Assembly (NCBI GenBank): GCA_038231455.1
Contig: JBBRLI010000021.1
Span: 1 to 47,888 of the forward strand
From: Vulcanimicrobiales bacterium
Lineage (GTDB): Bacteria; Vulcanimicrobiota; Vulcanimicrobiia; Vulcanimicrobiales; Vulcanimicrobiaceae
Reading direction: 5' to 3'
DNA length: 47,888 nucleotides
The position numbers and the translations under genes were made by a program. Below, piece by piece: positions 47,750-47,888 of the stretch; position 1 is the stretch's first letter, and every line of letters begins with the position of its first letter. The notes under the pieces are model-generated. The model worked only from the letters and a program-made list of their open reading frames with translations, made no database searches and was not told where the DNA came from.

Positions 47750-47888
47750 TGTCGGCGGCGGGATAAGATGAACCCACTTCCGCCGGGTTAAGACGAACCC
47801 ACCTCCGAGCCGGGCCGGTGCCTGGAAATGGCGGAGCCCTCCTGAAAGGCGTTGGTGTTCAGTCGCCACCCACAGGAGGGATCCGCAT
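47750..47888 (+). mobile_element. Left end of an IS21-family insertion sequence
   Basis: Begins TGTCGGCGGCG, followed by two 23-nt direct repeats at 25-nt period: GGGATAAGATGAACCCACTTCCG (47760-47782) and GGGTTAAGACGAACCCACCTCCG (47785-47807). Ends with RBS AGGAGG and 'AT' at the window edge (probable istA start). Confidence 0.75.

Noticed and set aside
47760-47807. Two 23-nt direct repeats as a CRISPR remnant
   Set aside because: There are only 2 nt between the copies, no spacer and no cas genes; an IS21 terminus fits better.

Overview
A 47.9-kb, GC-rich, gene-dense bacterial chromosomal segment from a diderm. The paralogous Cys-rich TonB-dependent-receptor-like genes are of a type I associate with Candidatus Eremiobacterota/Vulcanimicrobiota, but that assignment is inference. 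An insertion-sequence end lies at each edge, as expected for a contig broken at repeats: the 3' tail of an IS3-like transposase at 1-141, and an IS21-type left end at 47750-47888 that interrupts a gene. Positions ~250-19400 and ~28900-34000 encode a dispersed surface-glycan pathway: a polyprenol-phosphate GT2, a probable GT-C membrane protein, Wzm/Wzt, a double GT2, a GT2-GT4, two SAM methyltransferases (one with a coiled-coil 'ruler'), RfbD, Glf, Gmd and Rmd. Interspersed are an ECF sigma/anti-sigma module, an aminotransferase, kamDE, dacB, an SIS protein, larC/larE, a CDF transporter, thiolase-hbd-acyl-CoA dehydrogenase, sucCD and two large TBDR-like genes. Four observations stand out. (1) One uncharacterised 'GW...RxD(V/I)...(C/S)G(F/Y)' domain occurs 7 times in 4 glycan-cluster genes, apparently on both sides of the membrane. 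(2) Wzt has a non-canonical C-terminal domain. (3) The junction between the 3-repeat protein and the GT2-GT4 needs either a frameshift or a CTG start. (4) larC/larE are translationally coupled to gmd-rmd. No rRNA, tRNA or CRISPR array was seen.
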